NCBI GenBank assembly: GCA_040218735.1
Contig: JAVJQW010000057.1
Span: 416,001 to 480,000, forward strand
DNA from: Deltaproteobacteria bacterium
Lineage (GTDB): Bacteria > Myxococcota > Kuafuiibacteriia > Kuafuiibacteriales > Kuafuiibacteriaceae
DNA: 64,000 nt
Direction of reading: 5' to 3'
In this document: positions 20,388-30,375 of the stretch, piece after piece
How positions within the stretch are numbered: the stretch's first letter is position 1
How the letters are laid out: each line of letters begins with the position of its first letter
The notes under the pieces: model-generated
What the model saw: the letters and a program-made list of their open reading frames with translations, nothing else
The model's database searches: none
What the model was told of the DNA's origin: nothing
Program-made: the position numbers and the translations under genes

Positions 20388-21779
20388 CTACCCGCGAATC
20401 CAAACCCGGCGCCCCCTGCGCGGATCATTGAGAGCGCGCAACATGTGCTCATCGAGTTCGGCCGCAGTCGGCCTCCGATCGAACAGCCCCTCCAACCAGT
20501 CGGAGGGAGGCCGCCGGTGCGGTGGCCGGATGTTCTCGTCGATGATCACGTACGGGTTCGAGGGGAGCTCGCGCGTGATCGTGTCCGGGACGCGCGTTTG
20601 CGGCGGCGCCTCCACGTTCGCCGGCGCGACCTTCGGCGCCTTCTTCGGCTTGGGCGCACGCTTCGGCTTCGCCGTCGGCTCGGCCGCCCGCTTCGCCTTC
20701 GGCGGCTCCTTCGGCTCGGGGGCCCGCTTCGGCCTCGGCGCCGTCTTCGGCTTCTGCGCCGGAGCGCTCCGCGCCTTCACCGCGCGCACGTTCGGTATCG
20801 TCGGACTGTTCGGCGTGACCGGCGCGGCGCCCTTCGGGTTCTTGACGATGAGCTTCTTCACGTCGACCTGAGCGATCGACTTGCGCGCCCGTGACGCGAG
20901 GTTTCGCACGCCCTGCACCACCTCGCGCCCCGCGTACGCGCGCCCGACGGACCCCGCGGCGCCGGCGGCCGCGGCCATCGTGTCGACGACCGCCACGCCC
21001 TGCCGCGACGCCGCCACGTTGGTGCTGATGATCCGGTACGGCGTCGTCGTCATCTCGACCGCAGCGCCCAACGCAAAACCCGCGACCTTCACGGAGTTGG
21101 AGTCCTGCGCCATCATCCACTCGGCCGCCGCGCCACCGTAGTCCTCGAGTAGCTGCCGCTGCGCGTCGGTGACGTCGAGCGCCGCCTTTACGATCGCCCC
21201 ACCGCCGCCCACGCGGTCGAGGTGCGCGTGCGCCGCCTCGACCTCGTCCTGCACGATCAACCCGAGCTGATCGATCGGGTCGCGCAGGTGCTCGGCCGAC
21301 GCGTACGTCTCCCCCCGCTCCCACGACATCGAAGACTCCGGGCGTTCGAGCGCCGCGGCGACATCCGCGTTGCGCAGCGCCTTGCGCACGGCGCCCGCCG
21401 CCCCCTTCCCGATCTCCGCCTCCATCTTCCTGCGCGGCATCCTGCGAATCGCATCGATCGAGTGGCCGCGATCGATCAGCGCCCCGATCGAATCGGCGCC
21501 CAGCGCGAGCTCGTCGAGCTTGGCGAGCTGCGCCTCGTGCTCACCCAACGTGTTGTCGTAGTGCCCGACGATCGTCGACACCGCCTTCACGGGGTTCAGC
21601 AGCTCGAGGTAGGCGTCCGGCGTCCGATCCGCGGCCAGCGCCACGAGCTGCGCGCGCTCCGTGCGTGCCTTGTCGGCGACCTGGGCGATCAGCGCACGCT
21701 GCGCGCGGGACGGGGTCGCCATCGACGGCTGGTTCCGCTCGGCCGCCGTCTGTTGCATCGGGAACTTGATTCCAACCAC
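20388..21779 (-). CDS. Hypothetical protein with Ala/Gly-rich middle and Lys/Pro-rich tail
   Basis: 463-aa ORF with host-like codon bias, filling the gap between neighbours. Confidence 0.7.
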   Translation of the reverse strand: MVGIKFPMQQTAAERNQPSMATPSRAQRALIAQVADKARTERAQLVALAADRTPDAYLELLNPVKAVSTIVGHYDNTLGEHEAQLAKLDELALGADSIGALIDRGHSIDAIRRMPRRKMEAEIGKGAAGAVRKALRNADVAAALERPESSMSWERGETYASAEHLRDPIDQLGLIVQDEVEAAHAHLDRVGGGGAIVKAALDVTDAQRQLLEDYGGAAAEWMMAQDSNSVKVAGFALGAAVEMTTTPYRIISTNVAASRQGVAVVDTMAAAAGAAGSVGRAYAGREVVQGVRNLASRARKSIAQVDVKKLIVKNPKGAAPVTPNSPTIPNVRAVKARSAPAQKPKTAPRPKRAPEPKEPPKAKRAAEPTAKPKRAPKPKKAPKVAPANVEAPPQTRVPDTITRELPSNPYVIIDENIRPPHRRPPSDWLEGLFDRRPTAAELDEHMLRALNDPRRGRRVWIRG

Positions 21780-21949
21780 GCGTCCGACGTCTCCAAGGGT
21801 CGCGCCAACGGGAGCCGTTCGAAGTCCACATCGAGGTTTCGCGGCGTTGGCTCACACGACCCGCGACGAGCTCCGGGTCCGTCGGACGAACGCCGGACGA
21901 ATCCGGACGAACGCTCGCGACGAGCGCCCGCCGACGGTATGACACGCGC

Positions 21950-23374
21950 GTGGAGCCCTCCTTTCTCTCGTTGCTGCCGGCGCTCGTCGCGATCGGCCTC
22001 GCCTTCGTCACCCGGCAAGTCATCCCGGCGCTGTTCCTCGGGATCCTCACGGGCGGCGTGGTGCTCACCGTCGAGACGGGCGACCTCGCGCAGCTCAACG
22101 TTCTGAAGACGTTCTTCCTCCCGGCGCTCGGCAGCACCGGGTTCGCGAAGATCCTCCTCGTCTACCTGTGGTGCCTCGGCGGCCTCATCGGCATGTGGGA
22201 GAAGACCGGCGGTGCCATCCACTTCTCGGAGGTCGTCGGCGCCCGCTTCGCGAAGAGCGCCAAGGGCTCGCTGACGTTTGCTTGGTTGGTCGGCTGCATC
22301 TTCCACCAGGGCGGCACCATCAGCACCGTCCTCGCCGGGACCACCGTGAAGCCGGTGACGGACCGTCACCGCATCGCGCACGAAGAGCTCGCGTACGTCG
22401 TCGACTCCACCGCCTCCCCGATCGCCACGGTGCTCCCCTTCAACGCCTGGCCGGGTTTCATCGCCGCGCTCGTCGCGGGCACGATCCCGATCCTCCCGAA
22501 CGTCGAAGCCGCCACCGTCTTCTTCTTCTCGAGCATCAAGTACAACTTCTACGGGATGTTCGCCGTCCTCGGGACGCTCCTGTTCTCCCTCGGCCTCCTC
22601 CCCTGGGTCGGCGGCACCATGAAGGCGGCCCGCGAGCGCGCGCGCGAGAAGGGTCAGCTCGACAGCGACCACGCGCGCCCGATGCTCGTCACCAAGGACC
22701 CGACGATCGACGCCACCGACAACCGCGCCGAAAACTACCAGCCGAGCCTCATCGACTTCTTCATCCCGATCGGCACGCTGCTCGGCTTCGCGATCATCCC
22801 GTACGTCGTCTTCGACACCGACTTCATCAACGAGGCGTTCGTTCTGTGTGTCCTCTCGGCGATGGTCGTCGCGCGCATCCGCGGCATGAAGATGAACGCG
22901 ATCCTCGACGGCTTCATCGACGGCTGTAAGTCGATGACCATCGGCGCGATCATCCTCGGCCTCGCCGTCACCATCGGCGCCGTCGCCAAGGAGCTCCACA
23001 CGGCCGACTACCTCGTCACGCTGATCGGCTCCTCGTTCCCGGCGATCGTCCTCCCGGGCATCCTCACGCTCCTGTGCATGGGCATCGCGTTCTCTTGCGG
23101 AACGAGCTGGGGCACCTACGCCGTCGTGTTCCCGGTCGCGATGCCCCTCGCGTGGGCGGTGAACCCGGACCCCGGCTTCGTTTCGGTGTGTTTCGGCGCC
23201 GTGCTCGGAGGCGCCGTGTTCGGCGATCAGTGCTCACCGATCAGCGACACGACGATCCTCTCGGCGATGTTCACCGGCTGCGATCTCATGGACCACGTCA
23301 AGACCCAGCTCCCGCTCGCGATGGCCGCCGCGCTGATCGGCGCGGCCCTCAGCACCCTCGCCGTACTGATCTGA
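21950..23374 (+). CDS. Na+/H+ antiporter NhaC-family (ion transporter superfamily) membrane protein
   Basis: Many TM segments; LAYVVDSTASP, GTSWGT and FGDQCSPISDTTILS motifs. Confidence 0.88.
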   Translation: MEPSFLSLLPALVAIGLAFVTRQVIPALFLGILTGGVVLTVETGDLAQLNVLKTFFLPALGSTGFAKILLVYLWCLGGLIGMWEKTGGAIHFSEVVGARFAKSAKGSLTFAWLVGCIFHQGGTISTVLAGTTVKPVTDRHRIAHEELAYVVDSTASPIATVLPFNAWPGFIAALVAGTIPILPNVEAATVFFFSSIKYNFYGMFAVLGTLLFSLGLLPWVGGTMKAARERAREKGQLDSDHARPMLVTKDPTIDATDNRAENYQPSLIDFFIPIGTLLGFAIIPYVVFDTDFINEAFVLCVLSAMVVARIRGMKMNAILDGFIDGCKSMTIGAIILGLAVTIGAVAKELHTADYLVTLIGSSFPAIVLPGILTLLCMGIAFSCGTSWGTYAVVFPVAMPLAWAVNPDPGFVSVCFGAVLGGAVFGDQCSPISDTTILSAMFTGCDLMDHVKTQLPLAMAAALIGAALSTLAVLI

Positions 23375-23376
23375 GT

Positions 23377-24399
23377 TCAGCCCTTCCACGCGGCGCGGTA
23401 CCGCAGCCCCAGACTCATAATCTTCTCGAGCAACTCACCGTAACCCACGCCCGCCTTCTCCGCGGACTCCGCGAAGTCCTCGCCGTACTCGATGTTGGGG
23501 TTCGCGTTTGCCTCTAGGACGTAGACCCGCCCGTCGTCGGTGACGCGGAGATCCATGCGCCCGTACCCACTCATGTGGAGCGCGCGGTACACACGTTTGC
23601 AGATGCGCACGACCCGCGTCGCGAGCTCCGGCCCCAGCTCGGCGACCTTCGTGTCGATGCCGTGTTTCTCTTGGTACTTCGTGTCCCACTTCACCTTCGC
23701 GGTCGCGATCGGGTGAACGTTGTCCGGCATCTTCGCGAACACCATCTCCCACGGCGGGAACACCGTGAGTCTACGGTTCCCCATGACACTCACGTAGATC
23801 TCACGCCCGTCGATGTACTGCTCCGCGATCGCGTCCGAGCTGGTGTGTTTGTGGACGAAGCGCACGCGCTCCACGAGCGCCTCGTCGGAGTTCACGATCG
23901 ACGCCTGCGAGATCCCGAGCGAGGCATCCTCCGTCGCGGACTTCACGATCAGCGGGTACTGCAGTTTGTTCGGGCGCTTGGGTTTACGACCCACCGGGAA
24001 CACCGCGAAGCGCGGCGTCGGGATGCGGTGATACGCGAGGATCTTCTTGCTGAGCGCCTTGTCGCGCGACAACAGCAACCCACGCGGATTGCAGCCGGTG
24101 TAGGGCTGCCGCATCAGCTCGAGGTAACTCACGATCGCGTGGTCGTACTCGACGACCCCGTGAAACTCCTCGAGCAGCATGAACGTGAGGTTGGGTTCGT
24201 ACTCCTGGAGCTGGCGACGGATCGGACCGATGTCGTCGTAGACCCCCAACGCCCGCGCCGTGTGCCCGCGCTCCTGCAGCGTCGAAACCACGTCGAACTC
24301 GGCCTTCCACGGCGCGATCTGCTCGTCGGTCATCCCGTCGATCGACTCGGGCGGGACGTGCCCTTCACGAACCAGAACCAACACACGCTGCTTCTTCAT
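23377..24399 (-). CDS. ATP-grasp ligase, D-Ala-D-Ala-ligase-like but non-canonical
   Basis: PYTG, DKALSK, LIVK..EDAS.GI, EQYIDGRE, GRMDLR and LEANANP motifs. It lacks the Ddl N-terminal GG.S.E motif. Confidence 0.9.
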   Translation of the reverse strand: MKKQRVLVLVREGHVPPESIDGMTDEQIAPWKAEFDVVSTLQERGHTARALGVYDDIGPIRRQLQEYEPNLTFMLLEEFHGVVEYDHAIVSYLELMRQPYTGCNPRGLLLSRDKALSKKILAYHRIPTPRFAVFPVGRKPKRPNKLQYPLIVKSATEDASLGISQASIVNSDEALVERVRFVHKHTSSDAIAEQYIDGREIYVSVMGNRRLTVFPPWEMVFAKMPDNVHPIATAKVKWDTKYQEKHGIDTKVAELGPELATRVVRICKRVYRALHMSGYGRMDLRVTDDGRVYVLEANANPNIEYGEDFAESAEKAGVGYGELLEKIMSLGLRYRAAWKG

Positions 24400-25421
24400 A
24401 GCGCCACCCGGTGACGACCACCGTGCAGGTAGTTCATCGTCTTGACCGTCACCAGGACGATCGTGTCCCGCAGCGCGTCGTCTTCGTCCGTGCGCAGCCG
24501 GAGTTTCTTCTCACGGCAGATCTGGATCATCTCGTGGAGGACCTGGTCGATCGCGTACTGGTACTGCCCCGTCCAGCGCGCGACCGTCGCACGGATCGTC
24601 GGCCTCACCCTCTTGAGGAACCCGACCGCCGGCGGATTCTTCGCGCACGCCGGGTCGTCCCCGAAGAGCCTGCGCAGGTCGCCCTCGAAGAACCCGGGGA
24701 GGTCCATGCCGTAGTGGTCACGTTTCTTCGTGTAGTGCGTTCGGAGCTTCGATCGAAGCGTGCGCACCGGCTCGATCCGACGCCGTGAAGTCACCACCGG
24801 CTTCTCACCTTCGAGTGACTTCATCAGCTCGTCCATGTACTCGAGCTTCTTCATCGCCGGCCACCCGCGGTATTGCGAGCGCCAGCGCGACCGCGGCTTG
24901 AGCCACACCGCAAACGTCTCGGCGAAGTCCTCGATCGGGTGCGCCTGCGCGTACCACATGCCGAGGTGCTGCACGAAGTTTCGGCTGTTGGGTTTGGGTT
25001 TGTAGAAGTCCGGGTACTTCTGCGTCACGCGACCGAAGTGTTCCCGGTAGCCCTTGCGTCGGCGCAGACGGAACGCGGTGTCGATCGTGTGCGCGGCCTC
25101 GTGGCGAAGGATCTTCATGCACCACTTCTCCGGGCCGCCTTCGACCTCGAGCATCTGTTTGCGCTCGAGTCGCATGAGCCGCGGGTGGCCCAGATAGAAC
25201 GGCACGCCGATCCCGGGGACGCCGTCGGGTGAGAACCACTCCTCGCCGAACCAGAAGTGCGGACGGAAATCGAGTCCGCGGTGCTCGAGCTCTTCGTACA
25301 GGCGGTCGAACCGCTCCTCGATCAGCCCCGTGTCGAGCGCCGGCGCGAGGTCACAGATCCGCAGTTCGAGGAGAGACGCTTCGTCGAGCTTGGCGAGTTT
25401 TGCCGCCGTCAGTCGCTTCAA
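24396..25421 (-). CDS. Putative zinc-binding metallopeptidase
   Basis: LRHEAAH (HExxH) and YAQAHPIEDFAETFAVWL. Probable TTG start overlaps the upstream stop; ATGA-coupled to the ligase. Confidence 0.85.
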   Translation of the reverse strand: MKRLTAAKLAKLDEASLLELRICDLAPALDTGLIEERFDRLYEELEHRGLDFRPHFWFGEEWFSPDGVPGIGVPFYLGHPRLMRLERKQMLEVEGGPEKWCMKILRHEAAHTIDTAFRLRRRKGYREHFGRVTQKYPDFYKPKPNSRNFVQHLGMWYAQAHPIEDFAETFAVWLKPRSRWRSQYRGWPAMKKLEYMDELMKSLEGEKPVVTSRRRIEPVRTLRSKLRTHYTKKRDHYGMDLPGFFEGDLRRLFGDDPACAKNPPAVGFLKRVRPTIRATVARWTGQYQYAIDQVLHEMIQICREKKLRLRTDEDDALRDTIVLVTVKTMNYLHGGRHRVAL

Positions 25422-26788
25422 GGCCCTGAACGGATACCACACCGCACCCACTTGCCGTCGACCCCCGGGGCCTGGCTGAGCTTGGTGATGCGGACGTAGT
25501 GCACACCCGTCGAGGTCGTGGTCTGCGGGATGAACGCGTTGTTCGGCGGCTCCTCGGCGTCCTCACCGATCAACGTGAGCGTCGGGTCGAGCAGCTCGAT
25601 GGTCAGACCGCGCACTCCGGACCCCGCGTTCTGCGCACCGCACGCGATCGACGGCTCCTCACCCGCGCGGACCTCGAACGCAAAGACGTCGGCGTCGCCG
25701 TCGTCGATGTCCGTGATGATGAAGGCCGAGCGCGTGGCGTCCTCGCTCAACGTGAGCATCGGCGCCGTCGCGGGGGTGTCGTTCGGCTCCGGCGGTGCCG
25801 GGGCGTTCTCGATCTGCAGGTCGGTCTTGAAGGCGTAGAAGTCGTTCGCGCCGACCATGTCGCCCGGGTGCGTGATCGTGAACTCGTAGTCGCCGGGACC
25901 GTACGGCACGCGGAGGCTCGTGAGGTCGTCGGAGAGGAAGAGGTTCGCGGTGACCGAGCCCGTCGCGACGTGGGTGACGATCAAGTTCCCCCCGCGCGTC
26001 GTCGAGCCGTACCCCATCGGTCCGACCGGCATTCTATCGAAGCGAATGCGTCCGCTCGTCGAGAAGCTCACGAAGAAGACGTCGCGATCGTCGAGGCGGT
26101 TGTCGAAGGTTCCGAGGACGCGTCCGTCGAGGTTGTTGTCGAAGTCGAGTCGAACCCGCGAGGCGGAGTCGTCACCGCGCTCGAGATCGATCGCGACACC
26201 GTTGCGATCGTCTTCGAGCTCGAGCGCATAGAGTTGGTAGAGGTAGTCGGGTCCGCCCGCGGCGCCGGTGGAGTCCGGCGACCAGTCGCTGAACTCGAGC
26301 ACCTCGATGTAATAAAGTCCGTCGGCCGGCACGTGGTAGAAGATCTCGGCGTCGGTATCACTCGACAGCGCACGTGCGTCGTTCTCGGCGACGAGCTGCC
26401 GGTCCGGACCGTAGAGCCGTACGACCGGGTCGGTGATGACGCCGTTGACCTCCTCCGTGATCGTCGCGATCCACAGGTAGATGCCGCGGCTGAGGTTGAT
26501 GCTGTAGAAGTCACGGTCGCCGGCAGGGTTGATCACCCCCGCGGTCCCCCCGCTCCGGCCGATCGGGATCATGATCGCGTCGTCGAAGGAGTCGTCGACG
26601 AAACCACCGTCGCGCGGGCGAGGCCCGGCGTCACGGATCACGCGGCTCCCACCGTCGCGCGTGCCACCGTCGCGCGGCACCTCTACTTCTTCGACGCCGC
26701 TGTCCCGGATCATCACGATCGGATCGTCATCGCCGCCGGAGCAGTGCACGAGCGTCAGAGCGAAGAGAATCGAGAGGCTGCGCTTCAT
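25418..26788 (-). CDS. Lipoprotein with RDGG linker and tandem PPC (pre-peptidase C-terminal)-like domains
   Basis: Lipobox LVHC; 'G.I...GDRDFY', 'DPVVRLY..D...VAEND' and 'G.YYIEV' repeats. Confidence 0.8.
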   Translation of the reverse strand: MKRSLSILFALTLVHCSGGDDDPIVMIRDSGVEEVEVPRDGGTRDGGSRVIRDAGPRPRDGGFVDDSFDDAIMIPIGRSGGTAGVINPAGDRDFYSINLSRGIYLWIATITEEVNGVITDPVVRLYGPDRQLVAENDARALSSDTDAEIFYHVPADGLYYIEVLEFSDWSPDSTGAAGGPDYLYQLYALELEDDRNGVAIDLERGDDSASRVRLDFDNNLDGRVLGTFDNRLDDRDVFFVSFSTSGRIRFDRMPVGPMGYGSTTRGGNLIVTHVATGSVTANLFLSDDLTSLRVPYGPGDYEFTITHPGDMVGANDFYAFKTDLQIENAPAPPEPNDTPATAPMLTLSEDATRSAFIITDIDDGDADVFAFEVRAGEEPSIACGAQNAGSGVRGLTIELLDPTLTLIGEDAEEPPNNAFIPQTTTSTGVHYVRITKLSQAPGVDGKWVRCGIRSGP

Positions 26789-26848
26789 GGCGGAAAATCA
26801 TGAACGCGCTTTGGATTTCGAGCAATCTCGCGCCCGAAGGTCGGCGCG

Positions 26849-27310
26849 CTACCGAGCAGCGAGCCATTCGGGCGCGAGAATCTTCACGGGCACCACGACC
26901 ACGTCGAAGCGCTCCCGGTCGAAGGGGACGGCCGTGAGGGCCTGGGTGATGCAGGACGCCAGGAGCTGCTGACCGGGCCGACTCGCCCGGACCACCCGCA
27001 CGATCGGCTGGCGCGTCCCGGGCCGCGCGCGGACCGTGAGGTCGAAGTCGGCGAGCCCGGAGCCCACGCCGCTGAGGACCTCCGACAGGTAACACTGCTC
27101 CACCGCCGCGCTGCGCCGCTCGACGTGGTCGTGGACCATCTGCGTGAAGACCTCTTCGGGCGTCGGCGCCCGGGCCGGCGGCGTCGCCTCCACCGTGGTG
27201 GAGGCGGGGGGTGAGGCGTCGGGCGGTGACGTCGTCGCACAGGCGGCCACGAAAACCCACGCGAGCGTCAGCGGACGGATCGACCCAGTCATCGATCCCA
27301 AGGTGCCCAC
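26849..27310 (-). CDS. Small lipoprotein with TonB-C/AgmX-like C-terminal domain
   Basis: VAAC lipobox, Pro-rich linker, VEQCY...SCITQAL pattern. Start uncertain. Confidence 0.6.
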   Translation of the reverse strand: MGTLGSMTGSIRPLTLAWVFVAACATTSPPDASPPASTTVEATPPARAPTPEEVFTQMVHDHVERRSAAVEQCYLSEVLSGVGSGLADFDLTVRARPGTRQPIVRVVRASRPGQQLLASCITQALTAVPFDRERFDVVVVPVKILAPEWLAAR

Positions 27311-27351
27311 CGCGATCGGTGACGTTCAGCGCGTGCGAGCGCGCACGGGAC

Positions 27352-28239
27352 TCACAGCGCCGGGAGCGCCGCGCGGGCGGCTTCGTACTCCGCCTTCAGG
27401 TCACCCACGATGTCTGCGATGGGTTTCACGGCGCGGACCTCGGCGACGCCCTGCCCCGCGCTCCAGATGTCCTTCCATCGCTTCGCGCCGGAGGGGCTGC
27501 GGTCGGGCGTCTGGCCCTCGGGCACCGTGGACGCGATGAAGTTCGCGTGAATGCCGCTCACCTGGTCCGTGTAGACGATGTCCTCCGGTCCGGACTCGAC
27601 GACCTTCGCCTTGTAGTCGTCGCTCGCGCCGCACTCGGCCGACGCGATGAACCGCGTGCCGACGTAAGCGAGCTCGGCGCCGAGCGCGAGGCTCGCGACG
27701 ATCTGACGCCCGGTCGAGATGCACCCGGCGGCGATGATGGGGACGGACAGGTTCTCGCGGAGGTACGGCACCAAGGCGTAGGGCGAGATGCGCCCCGCGT
27801 GTCCGCCGGCGCCCGCCGCGACGCCGATGATCGCGTCGACCCCGGCGGCCTCCGCCTTCTTGGCGTGCCGAAGGTTCACGACGTCGTGAAAGACGATCGC
27901 CCCGCGCTCGTGCGCGACCTTCGCGATCTCCGTCGGGTTGCCGTAGCTCGTGATCAGGACCGGGACCTCGTACTTCAGGCACAGCTCGAAGTCGGCCTTC
28001 AGGCGATCGGGGTCGGTGAGCCCGATGGTCATGTTGATGCCGAAGGGCTTCGACGTCCGCTCGCGGATCCAGCGCAGGTCCTCCTCGAGCTTCTCGGCGG
28101 TGCGGGCGTTGAGCGACGGCATCGACCCGAGGATCCCGGCTTCGGCGGCGGCGACGATCATCTCGCGGTTGGAGATGAGGAACATGGGTGCGGCGACGAC
28201 CGGGAACTCGAGCCCGATCCTCTCGGCGAGGGGCGTCAT
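27352..28239 (-). CDS. Nitronate monooxygenase / FabK-like flavoprotein
   Basis: VVAAPMF, AGGHAG, IIAAGCI and YVGTRFIAS motifs. Confidence 0.92.
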   Translation of the reverse strand: MTPLAERIGLEFPVVAAPMFLISNREMIVAAAEAGILGSMPSLNARTAEKLEEDLRWIRERTSKPFGINMTIGLTDPDRLKADFELCLKYEVPVLITSYGNPTEIAKVAHERGAIVFHDVVNLRHAKKAEAAGVDAIIGVAAGAGGHAGRISPYALVPYLRENLSVPIIAAGCISTGRQIVASLALGAELAYVGTRFIASAECGASDDYKAKVVESGPEDIVYTDQVSGIHANFIASTVPEGQTPDRSPSGAKRWKDIWSAGQGVAEVRAVKPIADIVGDLKAEYEAARAALPAL

Positions 28240-28329
28240 GTCGGCGGTTTACTGCGCCGAGACCGAAGAGGACCAGCCCGGACGCTCGGCCGAGGCGCTT
28301 TTGGGTGAAATCCAGGTAGCCTGTCGTCC

Positions 28330-30318
28330 GTGCGTCGCTGTGGTGTGTTCCTGCTGCTCGCCCTCGGGTGTTCTTCCTCCGACGAGGTGATGCGTCGGCC
28401 GACCGAGGTCGAGGTGTTCACCCACACGACCGCGACGGCGCAGACCGGGCTCGCCACCGGTGAGTACACGACGCCCGCGCTCACGTACGGGTCGATCCCC
28501 GTCGAAGCGAAGTTCGAGCACGTCCTGAACTTCCGCGTCACGCCGATGCTCCCGCCGCACCGGGAAGCGCTGCGCACGAACGGGCCGCTGATACTCATCG
28601 CCGATGACGGTGACGCGCTCGTCTTCTCACCGCTCGATCACTTCTACGTGAGCCTGGTGTGGTTCGAGGACGGCGCGATCCACTACGGCATCGAAGGTGA
28701 GGTCGACACGGTGCCGGCCGGGATGACCCACCGCTTCGTGATGGTCACCGGGTACGGCGTGAACGCGACGGTCGGAGCGTGGGGCGCGCACCTTCGCGCC
28801 GACCGCGGGACGTCGGCGCCGGACCGCTACGCCGACCGCGGGCTGAGCCACCTCGGGTATTGGACCGACAACGGCGCGTACTACTACTACGACACCGAGC
28901 CGGGGATGAACGAAGAGGACACGATGCTCGCCGTGAAAGAGGAGGCGGATCGTATCGGCGTCCCGTACGGGTACCTGCAGCTCGACTCGTGGTGGTACTT
29001 CAAGGCGCCCGGCAGCGGCCTCAACCCGTGGGGCGGCGTGACGAGCTGGACGCCGCAGCCCGAGATGTTCCCGTCGGGGTTGGAGTCGTTCCAGCAGCGG
29101 CTCGGTCTGCCGCTCATCCTGCACAACCGATGGTTCGCGGTGGAGAACGACTACCGAGACGACTACGACTTCGTCGACGACGAAGGTCCGATGATGGCGC
29201 TGCCCGCCGACCGCGCGGTGTTCGACGCGTTGATGGACGACGCCGTTCGGTGGGGCGCGTTCACCTACGAGCAGGACTGGCTCATCCCGCAGTACTGGGG
29301 CGTGCCGCACCTGAGGAACGGCGTCGGCAAGGCGGCGCGTTGGATGAACGACATCGACGAGGCCGCGCGCGACAAGGGCCTTACGACACAGATCACGATG
29401 CCGGGAGCTTCGCACTTGATGGACGTAGTGGACCGGCCGTCGGTGACCACGATCCGGACGTCGATCGACTACTCGGCGGAGGCGTCGAAGGCCGGCTTCT
29501 GGCCGCAGTTCCACACGGTGAACATGCTCGCGGGCGCCCTCGGGGTGTGGCCGTTCAAGGACAACTTCCACTCGGCGGAGAAGTGGGGTGAGGCGGAGGC
29601 GCTGATCAGCATCCTCTCGGCCGGGATGGTCGGCGTCGGCGACGGGCTCGGACGCACGAAGGTGGACCTCGTGATGGCGACGGCGCGCGCCGACGGGCTG
29701 CTCCTGAAGCCGGACCGCCCCGCGACGCCGATCGATGCGATGTTCCTGGAGCACGCGCGCCCGTACATCACGTCGACGTGGTCGGACCGCCCGGGCGTCG
29801 GGCGGTGGCACTACGTCGCGGCGTACCACATCGATCGCACCGACGAGGACCAGGTCGCGCTGGACGATCTGTTTGCGGCGTTCGGTTACGACGGCATCCC
29901 GCTCGCGAAGATGTTCGTGCTGCCGGAGAAGATCACGAGCTGGGGCCTATCGCTCTCGGAGCTGCGCGCCGAGGACGAGCGGATGGTCGCGTACGACTGG
30001 CGCGCGAAGACGGCGCGCGTCGTCGAGTCCGTTTCGTTGCCCGCGACGTCCTCGCCTTATGATCACAGCTACCATGTGCTCGCGCCCATCCTCGACGGCG
30101 ACTGGGCGCTGATCGGAGAGACCGCCAAGTTCGTGACCGTGGCGGACGAACGTTTCGAGTCGATTGTCCCCAACGGTGATTCGCTGGACGTCGAGGTCGT
30201 CGGCGTCGCAGGCGAAGCGCTGACGATCGCGGCGTACGACGCGGACGCGGAGCAGATCGTCACGCGGGACGTGACGATCGACGCGCAGGGCCGCGGCCGC
30301 GTCACGTTCACACGATGA
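28330..30318 (+). CDS. Glycoside hydrolase-like lipoprotein (clan GH-D / raffinose-synthase-like TIM barrel)
   Basis: Lipobox ALGC; GYWTDNGAYYYY, YLQLDSWWY, YEQDW and IRTSIDY motifs. Confidence 0.65.
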   Translation: MRRCGVFLLLALGCSSSDEVMRRPTEVEVFTHTTATAQTGLATGEYTTPALTYGSIPVEAKFEHVLNFRVTPMLPPHREALRTNGPLILIADDGDALVFSPLDHFYVSLVWFEDGAIHYGIEGEVDTVPAGMTHRFVMVTGYGVNATVGAWGAHLRADRGTSAPDRYADRGLSHLGYWTDNGAYYYYDTEPGMNEEDTMLAVKEEADRIGVPYGYLQLDSWWYFKAPGSGLNPWGGVTSWTPQPEMFPSGLESFQQRLGLPLILHNRWFAVENDYRDDYDFVDDEGPMMALPADRAVFDALMDDAVRWGAFTYEQDWLIPQYWGVPHLRNGVGKAARWMNDIDEAARDKGLTTQITMPGASHLMDVVDRPSVTTIRTSIDYSAEASKAGFWPQFHTVNMLAGALGVWPFKDNFHSAEKWGEAEALISILSAGMVGVGDGLGRTKVDLVMATARADGLLLKPDRPATPIDAMFLEHARPYITSTWSDRPGVGRWHYVAAYHIDRTDEDQVALDDLFAAFGYDGIPLAKMFVLPEKITSWGLSLSELRAEDERMVAYDWRAKTARVVESVSLPATSSPYDHSYHVLAPILDGDWALIGETAKFVTVADERFESIVPNGDSLDVEVVGVAGEALTIAAYDADAEQIVTRDVTIDAQGRGRVTFTR

Positions 30319-30375
30319 CCGTCACACCGGGTTGACCTATCGCCATGCGGTGAGCCGCGCTCTAGGCTCGCCGCG

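Noticed and set aside
21881-21912. Three short cggacgaa direct repeats
   Set aside because: Too short to separate from chance at this GC content
23377-24399. Calling the ATP-grasp gene ddl
   Set aside because: It lacks the Ddl N-terminal motif and cell-wall cluster context
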